Assembly (NCBI GenBank): GCA_963674705.1
Contig: OY771506.1
Span: 1,024,001-1,088,000 of the forward strand
Source: Phycisphaeraceae bacterium
GTDB taxonomy: Bacteria > Planctomycetota > Phycisphaerae > Phycisphaerales > Phycisphaeraceae
DNA length: 64,000 bases
Reading direction: 5' to 3'
The first letter of the stretch is position 1; the number at the start of each line of letters is the position of its first letter. Shown one piece after another: positions 48,261 to 56,690 of the stretch. A program made the position numbers and the translations under genes. The notes below the pieces were generated by a model. The model was not told the origin of the DNA and ran no database searches. It worked only from the letters and a program-made list of their open reading frames with translations.

Positions 48261-49449
48261 ATGCGCTGGTGATGGGAACGAACTCCGAGATCGACAAATC
48301 GAATCCGCTTAATGCTGTGGGCGTGAACGGGTGGTTGGTGATCAATCGCATCTGGCGCACGCCCAGCTCACGCAGGATCTGGCATCCGATGCCGTATGCA
48401 CCCTTGTTGGTCGGCGGCTGCATGCCGGGCGTAGTCTGGCTGTGACCGATCTTGGGCCGATCATCATCGTCCGATCGGCTGTCCATTAATGCGGCGGATG
48501 TCTGAAGGCGTTTGAGCAAGCCCGCGCCCATGCCCTCGTGCCGCAGGTAAACGACCGCCCCCTTGCCTTCATCATGAATCATCTTCATCGCTTGTCTTAG
48601 CGTTTGGCCGGAGGGCTGTGTCAGGTCATTGAACACGTCGCCGAGCAGGTTCTGGCTGTGCATGCGCACAAGCACGGGCTCTTCAGTGGGCTCAATAGTT
48701 CCGTCTGCCGCTTGCTTGCCGATGTCGCCACAAACCAAGGCGACATGCGGGAAAGGATCGACCGGCGACCGGTAAGCGATAAGCGTGAACTGCCCGATGT
48801 CGTTCTCGAACGGCACGGTATCGATGCGCTCAATCAGTTGTTCGCGTGCCAAGCGGTGCTGCACGACATCTGCAACGGAACACATCTTGATCTGAAACTT
48901 TTCACATAGTGCTTCGAGCTGCGGCCGACGCGCCATCGTGCCGTCTTCACTCATGACCTCGATGATGACCGCGCCCTGCCGCAAACCAGCGAGCCGACAA
49001 AGATCGACCGACCCTTCGGTCTGACCGGAGCGGACAAGTGTCCCGCCGTCACGGGCGCGCAGTGGCTGCATATGTCCCGGCCGATCAAAGTCGGTGGGCA
49101 GAGCGTCGTCATTGGCAAGCATCTGGGCGGTGATCGATCGATCCGAGGCGCTGACGCCGGTGGTGATGCCGAAGCGTTGGTGGGCGTCAACGGTGACGGT
49201 GTACGCGGTGCTGCGTTTGGATGTGTTGACCCGGCCCATGGGCTCAAGGTGTAACCGGTCGCAGATCGCCCCGCTAAGCGCGACACACATCATGCCTCTG
49301 CCTTCGCGGAGCATGAAGTTCACAACTTCGGGTGTCGTAAATTGGGCAGCGCAGACGAGGTCGCCCTCGTTCTCGCGTTTTTCATCATCGACCAGCACGA
49401 TCATCTTGCCATCACGCAGGTCGTCAAGTATTTCGGGGATGGAGTGCAT
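48259..49449 (-). CDS. ribB: 3,4-dihydroxy-2-butanone-4-phosphate synthase fused to a degenerate GTP cyclohydrolase II domain (RibBX-like)
   Basis: VDDEKRENEGD, TTGVSASDR, RPGH..PL, R.GQTE.SVDL; C-terminal VRMHSQNLLGDVF lacks the three zinc-binding Cys. Confidence 0.88.
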   Translation of the reverse strand: MHSIPEILDDLRDGKMIVLVDDEKRENEGDLVCAAQFTTPEVVNFMLREGRGMMCVALSGAICDRLHLEPMGRVNTSKRSTAYTVTVDAHQRFGITTGVSASDRSITAQMLANDDALPTDFDRPGHMQPLRARDGGTLVRSGQTEGSVDLCRLAGLRQGAVIIEVMSEDGTMARRPQLEALCEKFQIKMCSVADVVQHRLAREQLIERIDTVPFENDIGQFTLIAYRSPVDPFPHVALVCGDIGKQAADGTIEPTEEPVLVRMHSQNLLGDVFNDLTQPSGQTLRQAMKMIHDEGKGAVVYLRHEGMGAGLLKRLQTSAALMDSRSDDDDRPKIGHSQTTPGMQPPTNKGAYGIGCQILRELGVRQMRLITNHPFTPTALSGFDLSISEFVPITSA

Positions 49450-49559
49450 ATCTGTTCAATTCTTATTAGTCAATCAATATCACAGAACGGACTATCCTAT
49501 CAAAAAAGCCCGGGATCAGATGGTCCCAGGCTCATGAGATACGGTGGAATTTGCGGTAG

Positions 49560-49950
49560 TTACCACGTGGCCGACGGGCTAAATGGCTTGATAATCCAGG
49601 CAATAACAAGCAGCCAAGACCAGGCGTAAAGAAAGTGCTTGGGCAGGCTTAGTCATTGTCGTCGAGGTATGCGGTACAGGAGCGCTGCCAGAGTGATTCC
49701 CAGCAATATCAGGATCGGCTGTGTCATGGGATTGTACAAGAGCGAACCGAACACATCGCCCTTAAATAATGCCAGCAGACTACGTGTCCCGCCGGTAGTC
49801 GGGCAGGGCAACCCCGCCAGACCCGTCAATAATGACAGAGCCACTTGACCATAACCACCAGGCGTTCCACAAAAGATAGACCGACACGACAGCCAGACCC
49901 AGGATTTTTATCCTTGAATTGCGCGCAAGACAACCAGCAACGTTGATCAC
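49560..49950 (-). pseudogene. DUF2752-family pseudogene (frameshift and internal stop)
   Basis: GLPCPTTGGTRS...YNP in 49653-49844; upstream TM segment (RIKILGLAVVSVYLLWNAWWL) in another frame; reading past the TGA gives LLVIAWII, similar to the intact paralog. Confidence 0.6.
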
Positions 49951-49978
49951 AAATTGCCATAGTCCTGCCGCCGGAGTC

Positions 49979-50254
49979 TTAATAGCTACCTGATCCAGCC
50001 AACATCACCGACGTTAGGATGTTTAGCGCAATACCAGCAATGATGAGAATCGTCCAGATGATCATCACCTGTCGATTACCCATTTCGTCGGCTTTCATCC
50101 AACCATAAATGAACGCCCAGAGGCTACAGATAATGCCGATGATCCCGTGGACGATCCCATTATCACTCTGAAATATCCTGACGAGTGTAATAATCCAACA
50201 AGCCAGTGAACCCAGACCGATCCCGATGAGTAAGAGCAGGAGAATGATTTCCAT
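49979..50254 (-). CDS. Small membrane protein (3 TM)
   Basis: RBS GGAG; MEIILLLLLIG...HGIIGIICSLWAFIYGW. Confidence 0.72.
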   Translation of the reverse strand: MEIILLLLLIGIGLGSLACWIITLVRIFQSDNGIVHGIIGIICSLWAFIYGWMKADEMGNRQVMIIWTILIIAGIALNILTSVMLAGSGSY

Positions 50255-50294
50255 GTAATTGACTCCATTAATAGTAAGTAGCTGAACTACCGTG

Positions 50295-50801
50295 TTAATT
50301 GATACGATCCAACAGAACAATCGATAGCCTGATGATCCAGGCAATGATAAGTAACAATCCAAAAAGAGGAACGAGAGCGGTTCGTACTTCAAACGCAGCG
50401 ATTGCATTGATGAAGCGATCCCGGGGCTTGGCGGGAAGTATCGTTGAGGTCAGAACCAGGATCAGACCCACGATGAGAAGTAGCGACATGGGGTTTGCCG
50501 ACCAGGCTTCGACCGGATCCCACCTGAGCCAGGCGATCACGCTGCGCGTCATACCGCAACCCGGGCATGGCAGACCGGACACCTCATGCATCGGACAACG
50601 CCACGCCGGCAATCCCAACACAGAAAGAAAAATCTGAATTCCCGCAGCCAACAATAGGACCACACAAAAGAATCGCCGACGCAGAAAATCCGCAAGCCAG
50701 GGTGATGCAAATAGACGAGATGGTCGTGGGGAGCGAGGTGAGTCAGCGGTAATAGCGGGATTCCCGGTCGTCATATCAACACAAGGTAAAGGAGAATCCA
50801 T
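50295..50801 (-). CDS. DUF2752 family membrane protein
   Basis: CP....GLPCPGCGMTRS, ANP, TM helices. Confidence 0.85.
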   Translation of the reverse strand: MDSPLPCVDMTTGNPAITADSPRSPRPSRLFASPWLADFLRRRFFCVVLLLAAGIQIFLSVLGLPAWRCPMHEVSGLPCPGCGMTRSVIAWLRWDPVEAWSANPMSLLLIVGLILVLTSTILPAKPRDRFINAIAAFEVRTALVPLFGLLLIIAWIIRLSIVLLDRIN

Positions 50802-50821
50802 TTATTATGCAACAAGACCGA

Positions 50822-52042
50822 TCAACCAGGTCCCAGACGCAGAATCGTCTTGGGCGCGAACGGCGGATCGGCGACAAGGCGGCGCAGGTCGTCGGGTGTC
50901 ACGGCCATGACACGGGCAAGCTCTTCTTCTAACGTCAGATACTCACCCAGATAGGTCCAGGTCGATCCGATCGAGGTCATCCGGCCGCGTGGGCTTTCGC
51001 CTTGCAGCGTTGCACTGGTCGCGAGCTTGTTCTTGGCTCGTTCGACCTCTTCATCTGTGATGTTCTCTGCCGCCGAATTGATCGTCTTGACCAGAACCTC
51101 CTCAACCTGCTGAGCGCGTGCCGGATCACAGGACGCGTATCCCAAGTAACATCCAAGCCGATCGTGCGGCAGGAATGAGAAGTCGGCCTCATCAGCCAAA
51201 CCCGGATCGATCAGGGCCCAGTAGATACGTGAACCCTCCGAATCGCCCAGTACATCCGAGAGTACTTTCGCGGCGTACCGGTCATCATCCTGCGCGCTGG
51301 GTGCGGGACAAAGCAGGCCGAGATAGTGACGTGATACTTTGCCGTCAGGCATTGTATGTTGCTGGGCAGTAGGCTCGGGCGCGTCGTATCGGCGTGTCGC
51401 GCCGCTTGGTCGCCAATTGCCTGCGATCTTCTCGACTTCTTCAAGCAGTTGATTGAATTCGAACTTGCCGACGGCTGAGACAACGACGTTATCCGCCGCA
51501 TATCGCTGGCCGAAGTATTCGCGCATCTGTTCAGGCTTCATGTCGCCAACTGTTTGGGGCGTACCCAGCACGCGGAATCCCATCGGGTGGCTGCCGTAGT
51601 AATGTTCAAGCAATGCGTCCTGCAAGCGCCAGCTCGGTCGATCGTCGTACATGCCGATTTCTTCGAGGATGACGTTCTTTTCCATGTTGAAGTCATCGTC
51701 ACGCAGCGCCGGCCGAAGGATGTCGCCCAGCAAGTCGACGGCACGCGGGAGAAACTCCGGCAAAACATGTGCGTAGTAGACCGTCTGCTCGTGACTGGTA
51801 AATGCGTTGTAGTTGGCACCGATTTCATCGAACTCACGGTTCACATCGTCGGCGGTCCGTCGGGCTGTGCCCTTGAACATCATGTGTTCAAGGAAGTGGG
51901 ACACGCCCATCACCTCTGACTGCTCGTCACGCGCACCGGTCTTGACAAAAAAACCAACGGCCGCGGTATGGGCATCGGGATTGGATTCGGCAACAAGGGT
52001 CAATCCGTTAGGCAGCGTGTGGTGATGGAAAGTTGGCGGCAT
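50822..52042 (-). CDS. M16 family (pitrilysin/MPP-beta-like) peptidase
   Basis: TLPNGL, GARDE, HFLEH inverted zinc motif, NAFTS, EK.VILEEI. Confidence 0.93.
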   Translation of the reverse strand: MPPTFHHHTLPNGLTLVAESNPDAHTAAVGFFVKTGARDEQSEVMGVSHFLEHMMFKGTARRTADDVNREFDEIGANYNAFTSHEQTVYYAHVLPEFLPRAVDLLGDILRPALRDDDFNMEKNVILEEIGMYDDRPSWRLQDALLEHYYGSHPMGFRVLGTPQTVGDMKPEQMREYFGQRYAADNVVVSAVGKFEFNQLLEEVEKIAGNWRPSGATRRYDAPEPTAQQHTMPDGKVSRHYLGLLCPAPSAQDDDRYAAKVLSDVLGDSEGSRIYWALIDPGLADEADFSFLPHDRLGCYLGYASCDPARAQQVEEVLVKTINSAAENITDEEVERAKNKLATSATLQGESPRGRMTSIGSTWTYLGEYLTLEEELARVMAVTPDDLRRLVADPPFAPKTILRLGPG

Positions 52043-52045
52043 GAT

Positions 52046-52078
52046 TGGCTAATGGCTAATGGCTAATGGCTAATGGCT
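52046..52078 (+). repeat. Heptamer tandem repeat (TGGCTAA)x4+
   Basis: tggctaatggctaatggctaatggctaatggct directly upstream of the M16 start codon. Confidence 0.85.
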
Positions 52079-52147
52079 GGGCATTGTAAAGCCCCGCACG
52101 AGGTACGGGGCTGGTGATAATTCATCATGTCAGGCGCGTTACGTACT

Positions 52148-52474
52148 TCACACCTTGTCGAGTTCGGTTGCAAACGCCTGCTTGGGCTGTACACCTTGCC
52201 AGGTCTTGATGGCCTGACCATCTTTAAAGAGGATGACGGTCGGGATGGCCTGGATCTGAAACTTGATGGCGGTGTCGCGGTTGGAGTCGGTGTCGACCTT
52301 GCCGACCTTGACCTTGCCTTGATACTCCTCCGCCAGAGCGTCGATGGTGGGACCGAGCATCTTGCAGGGTTGGCACCATTCAGCCCAGAAGTCGACCAGC
52401 ACTGGCTGGTCACTATTGGCGACTTCGGTTTCAAAGTTGGCGTCGGTGATTTCCAATACGGCGTCGCTTGCCAT
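52148..52474 (-). CDS. trxA: Thioredoxin
   Basis: VLVDFWAEWCQPCK, IPT..FKDG. Confidence 0.93.
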   Translation of the reverse strand: MASDAVLEITDANFETEVANSDQPVLVDFWAEWCQPCKMLGPTIDALAEEYQGKVKVGKVDTDSNRDTAIKFQIQAIPTVILFKDGQAIKTWQGVQPKQAFATELDKV

Positions 52475-52611
52475 GAGTTTCTCCTTCGTGTGCGTCCGTC
52501 TGATTTGGGCGCGATGATTTTGGGTCTAATGATGCCGATTCTAGGCCCCTGCCATGACTGGATCAAACCCCGCCGATCATAGCCTCGACCGATCCGATAG
52601 AATGCGAGAAT

Positions 52612-53922
52612 ATGACGCTCAAACAACAAATGGAAGACCGTAGCGCCTTGATCGGCGTCCTCGCCTTGGGCTATGTCGGGCTGCCGCTGCTGCGTTCTTT
52701 CTTCGACGCCGGATTCCGGGTAATCGGTTTCGATGTGGACCCCGAAAAGGTCCGGATGCTCAATCAGGGACAGAATTATCTACAGCATCTGGGCAAGGAC
52801 TTCGTAGGCCAGATGTCAGCATCCGACCGGTTCGAGGCGACAGACGACTTTTCCAGGCTGGGCGAACCGGACGCGATCATGATTTGCGTGCCCACCCCGC
52901 TTGGCAAACATCAGGAACCGGACCTCAGTTTCGTCGAGCATTCCGCGGAGGACATCGCTAAAACCTTGCGATCGGGCCAGATCATTGTACTCGAATCCAC
53001 AACCTATCCCGGCACCACGCGGGATGTGGTAATGCCCCGCCTGGAAGCCGGCGGTTTACGCTGCGGTAAAGACTTTTACCTGGCGTATTCCCCGGAGCGT
53101 GAGGACCCCGGTCGTAAAGACCACAACACACAAACCATCCCAAAACTCGTAGGCGGGATCGATGCCAAATCCGGTGACCTCGCAACGGTTATGTATCGGC
53201 AAGCCATCAAACAGGTGATTCCTGTCAGCAGTGCCGAGGTCGCGGAGAGCGCCAAGATCCTGGAAAACGTTTATCGAGCGGTGAATATCGCGCTGGTTAA
53301 CGAGATGAAAGTGATCCTGGACAAGATGGGGATCGATGTCTGGGAAGTCATTGATGCGGCGGCGACCAAGCCGTTCGGCTTCCAGGCGTTTTATCCGGGC
53401 CCGGGATTGGGCGGACACTGCATCCCGATTGATCCGTTCTACCTGACGTGGAAAGCACGGGAGGTTGGCCAGCCCACACGATTCATCGAATTGGCTGGAC
53501 ACGTCAATCACCACATGCCCGATTACGTGATTCAGCAGACATTGCTGGCACTGAATGAGGACGGCAAGGCCATAAAAGGATCGAGGGTGCTTGTTATGGG
53601 TCTGGCGTACAAGCCGGATGTAGACGATGTCAGGGAAAGTCCAAGTTTTGAGCTAATCGAACGTCTGATCGAATTGGGGGCACGGGTGGATTACCACGAT
53701 CCACACGTAGCAGCGACGCATAAGATGCGGCGGTACGACCTGAAGATGGAAAGCGTGACGTTATCTGCTGAAAAAATAGCAGATTATGACTGTGTCCTGA
53801 TCGCCACGCATCACAGCGCCTGCGACTGGGACCTGCTGGGGCAAAAGGCCAAACTCATCGTCGACACGCGAGGCGTCATGCGTGGCAGAACCGGCATGAC
53901 CGCGCGAATTGTCACAGCATGA
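52612..53922 (+). CDS. UDP-glucose/GDP-mannose dehydrogenase family protein (UDP-GlcNAc 6-dehydrogenase-like)
   Basis: LGYVGLP, ICVPTP, ESTTYPGTT, SPEREDPG, KILEN.YR.VNIA, GGHCIPIDP, AYKPDVDDVRESP. Confidence 0.92.
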   Translation: MTLKQQMEDRSALIGVLALGYVGLPLLRSFFDAGFRVIGFDVDPEKVRMLNQGQNYLQHLGKDFVGQMSASDRFEATDDFSRLGEPDAIMICVPTPLGKHQEPDLSFVEHSAEDIAKTLRSGQIIVLESTTYPGTTRDVVMPRLEAGGLRCGKDFYLAYSPEREDPGRKDHNTQTIPKLVGGIDAKSGDLATVMYRQAIKQVIPVSSAEVAESAKILENVYRAVNIALVNEMKVILDKMGIDVWEVIDAAATKPFGFQAFYPGPGLGGHCIPIDPFYLTWKAREVGQPTRFIELAGHVNHHMPDYVIQQTLLALNEDGKAIKGSRVLVMGLAYKPDVDDVRESPSFELIERLIELGARVDYHDPHVAATHKMRRYDLKMESVTLSAEKIADYDCVLIATHHSACDWDLLGQKAKLIVDTRGVMRGRTGMTARIVTA

Positions 53923-54062
53923 CTATTTGTCACAACTACCTGTATTTACCGTAATTTAGCTTGACTATCCGCCATCCCGGCGTCAAAATTAAGTGCGGGA
54001 TGACCGATCGTGCACCCCGGTGCGTATAATGATCATACCGGCCCGCCGATCAGACGGGTTGG

Positions 54063-55232
54063 ATGGGAGTTATTCAGTTGATGAAACCGTTATGCAAAGC
54101 CTTACGAACGGCTGGCGTGTTTAGCTGCCTACTGACCGCGGCTATCACCGTTCAGGGCGGGATCATCGACGATAACGCCAACGATCAAGACCACCAGGAC
54201 CTTGCCAACCAGAGCGCATTTGACGCTGTCGGTGTGGCCAAACGCTTAAATGCTGCCGGCACAGCCATCATCGTTGATAGCTCCGGCATCCTGATTGGTT
54301 CGCAATGGGTGTTGACTGCTGCACACACCGTGATCGCCAAGGGGTGGGACGGGGCCACCTTCGAAGTCGGTGGCGAGGTCCGTGATGTGGTCGAGGCATA
54401 TCAGAATCCCAACTTTGTTGATATCGAAAGCGGCTGGGATATCGCCCTGCTTAAGCTGGACTCCCCGATTACCACGATCACGCCGGCCCAGCTCTACACC
54501 GGTACCGCCGCAAGCCTGGTCGGAGAGGAACTGGTTTATGTTGGCTACGGCAAATCCGGCACGGGTAGTACGGGCGACGTAATAGCGGCCGGCACTAAAC
54601 GGGCCGGTTACAACGTCGGCGATCAGCTCGGATACACCCTCAATCCCGGAACAGGCCAAACCGTCTACTCCGATCAGCTCATCTTTGCAGATATGGATGC
54701 AGAGCCCGGTGGTGGATTACCCTACGGCAATCCTCTGGGCAGTACTTTCCCGCTGGACCTGGAAATCCTGATCGCTCTAGGCGACTCCGGTGGCGGATTG
54801 TTTGTTGAGCAAGGTGGCCAATACTACGTCGCCGGCGTTCATTCGGTCCTTTTCAACATGGACCCTGTCAGCACGATCGGCTACGGCGACGTGATGGGCT
54901 CAACCACCATCGCCGCGGCGCTTGACTGGATTATCGACATCATGACGCCCGATCCGATCGAAGGTGATCTGAACGGCGACGGTTTCGTCGGGCTCGACGA
55001 TATCGATATCGTGCTGACTTTCTGGAATCAAAACGTTACCGCGGGAGAGCTGTTGAGCGGCGATCCATCAGGCGACGGTTTCGTCGGCCTGGATGATCTG
55101 GACATCATCCTCAACAATTGGAACAGCGGCACCGCACCAACGGCCTCACAATTACTGGGTATCGTCCCCGAGCCGACGACGGCGTTGCTGCTGCTTGCGA
55201 TCATGCCCGGTTTATTGCAACGTCGCCACTAA
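54063..55232 (+). CDS. Trypsin-like serine protease with dockerin-like repeats and PEP-CTERM
   Basis: WVLTAAH, DIALL, GDSGG triad; GDLNGDGFVGLDD twice; VPEP..LLLL..RRH. Confidence 0.88.
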   Translation: MGVIQLMKPLCKALRTAGVFSCLLTAAITVQGGIIDDNANDQDHQDLANQSAFDAVGVAKRLNAAGTAIIVDSSGILIGSQWVLTAAHTVIAKGWDGATFEVGGEVRDVVEAYQNPNFVDIESGWDIALLKLDSPITTITPAQLYTGTAASLVGEELVYVGYGKSGTGSTGDVIAAGTKRAGYNVGDQLGYTLNPGTGQTVYSDQLIFADMDAEPGGGLPYGNPLGSTFPLDLEILIALGDSGGGLFVEQGGQYYVAGVHSVLFNMDPVSTIGYGDVMGSTTIAAALDWIIDIMTPDPIEGDLNGDGFVGLDDIDIVLTFWNQNVTAGELLSGDPSGDGFVGLDDLDIILNNWNSGTAPTASQLLGIVPEPTTALLLLAIMPGLLQRRH

Positions 55233-55290
55233 TCCGGACGTGACCTCAATCGTCTGGCCGAAACACTTCGACTTTGATTGTTGAACTGCC

Positions 55291-56547
55291 ATGGGTCATC
55301 TTGCATACATTCGGCTGGCCGGGCTTGTGTGCTTTCTGAGTCTGGCTTCGGTATGTTCAGCAGAGGTCATCCAAGAATCACTCATCGCCGAAACACTACC
55401 GATTTACACAACAGTCGATGATCCGGCGCTCCACGTCACATCGGCTGACGGAACATTCGACAGCGTCGTCAAACTCACAATCAGCAGAAGTAATGGTATT
55501 GTCACCTGTACCGGCGCGCTTCTAAATAACGGCCGGGATATTCTTACCGCAGCTCATTGCCTGACGGATGAACGTGGCAATCTCACCGCCACCGGCGCTT
55601 TTGTACTTTTTCAAACACAGTACGGCTCCGACACGCTCTCTGCCAGCAGTTTCACCGTTCACCCCGACTGGACGGGTAACGCCGGCGCGGGCAGTGACCT
55701 GGCAATCATTCACCTTGGTGAATCGGCGCCGTACGGCGCATTCGGTTACGAAATCTACCGTGGTACCGACGAAGTCGGTCAGATCGTTACACGCGCAGGT
55801 TACGGCTTATCCGGCACTGGCGACACGGGCACCGCACTGCCATCCGGCACGAAACGCGATGGTTTGAATCGCTATGACGTGCTTGGCGATGTGTTCGATG
55901 GCGTTCTGGATAGCTCCCCTTTGTCCGGCGCTCAACTGGCTTACGATTTTGATAATGGGACAGTAAGCCACGATGCGTTCGAATTCTTCGGCCGAACGCT
56001 GGGCACACGTAACATTAATGACTTAGGTTTAGGCACCGACGAGGTGATGGCCGCGCCGGGCGATTCGGGCGGGCCGGCATTTATCAACGGACAGATTGCC
56101 GGTGTGACATCGTTTCTACTTCGTTTAAGCAACTCACTTGGCCAATCGTCTGATATTGATGATGAACTGAACTCTTCGTTTGGCGAGTTCGGTTTTGATA
56201 CGCGTGTTTCCTACTTTGCAGACTGGATCGATGCAAACTTCTCCGAGCCTCCGTCATTCATCGCAGGTGACTTGAATAGCGATGGCTTTGTCGGTCTGGA
56301 TGATCTGGACCTCGTGCTTAATCGCTGGAACCAGACCCTTGATATATCCAGCCCGATGGGGGGCGATGCAACGGGGGATAGCTATGTCGGCCTGGATGAC
56401 CTGGATATCGTGCTGAACAACTGGGGCGCGGGCACACCACCTCTTGAATCAGCAACAGTCCCTGAACCGGCTGCTTGGATGATATTATTTTCGGCAGCTT
56501 CAATTTGCTTACTCCGCACCAAGTTCAACATCTCTCTAATGCAATAA
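55291..56547 (+). CDS. Trypsin-like serine protease with dockerin-like repeats and PEP-CTERM
   Basis: CTGAL...ILTAAHC, DLAI, GDSGGP; GDLNSDGFVGLDDL; VPEP. Confidence 0.88.
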   Translation: MGHLAYIRLAGLVCFLSLASVCSAEVIQESLIAETLPIYTTVDDPALHVTSADGTFDSVVKLTISRSNGIVTCTGALLNNGRDILTAAHCLTDERGNLTATGAFVLFQTQYGSDTLSASSFTVHPDWTGNAGAGSDLAIIHLGESAPYGAFGYEIYRGTDEVGQIVTRAGYGLSGTGDTGTALPSGTKRDGLNRYDVLGDVFDGVLDSSPLSGAQLAYDFDNGTVSHDAFEFFGRTLGTRNINDLGLGTDEVMAAPGDSGGPAFINGQIAGVTSFLLRLSNSLGQSSDIDDELNSSFGEFGFDTRVSYFADWIDANFSEPPSFIAGDLNSDGFVGLDDLDLVLNRWNQTLDISSPMGGDATGDSYVGLDDLDIVLNNWGAGTPPLESATVPEPAAWMILFSAASICLLRTKFNISLMQ

Positions 56548-56690
56548 ACATATTGCCCGTTAACACAACTTGTCACGACAGCACCGCATATTTATTCATA
56601 TTTATGTGCGAATATCTATTGTAGGTGTAGATGGTGATCTGGTAATATGTCACAGACAAATGATCTGGGCGGCTAAAAAGGGGGCACTCG

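Noticed and set aside
49450..49560. FMN riboswitch upstream of ribB
   Set aside because: The region is short and lacks RFN consensus elements; only a terminator-like hairpin is present
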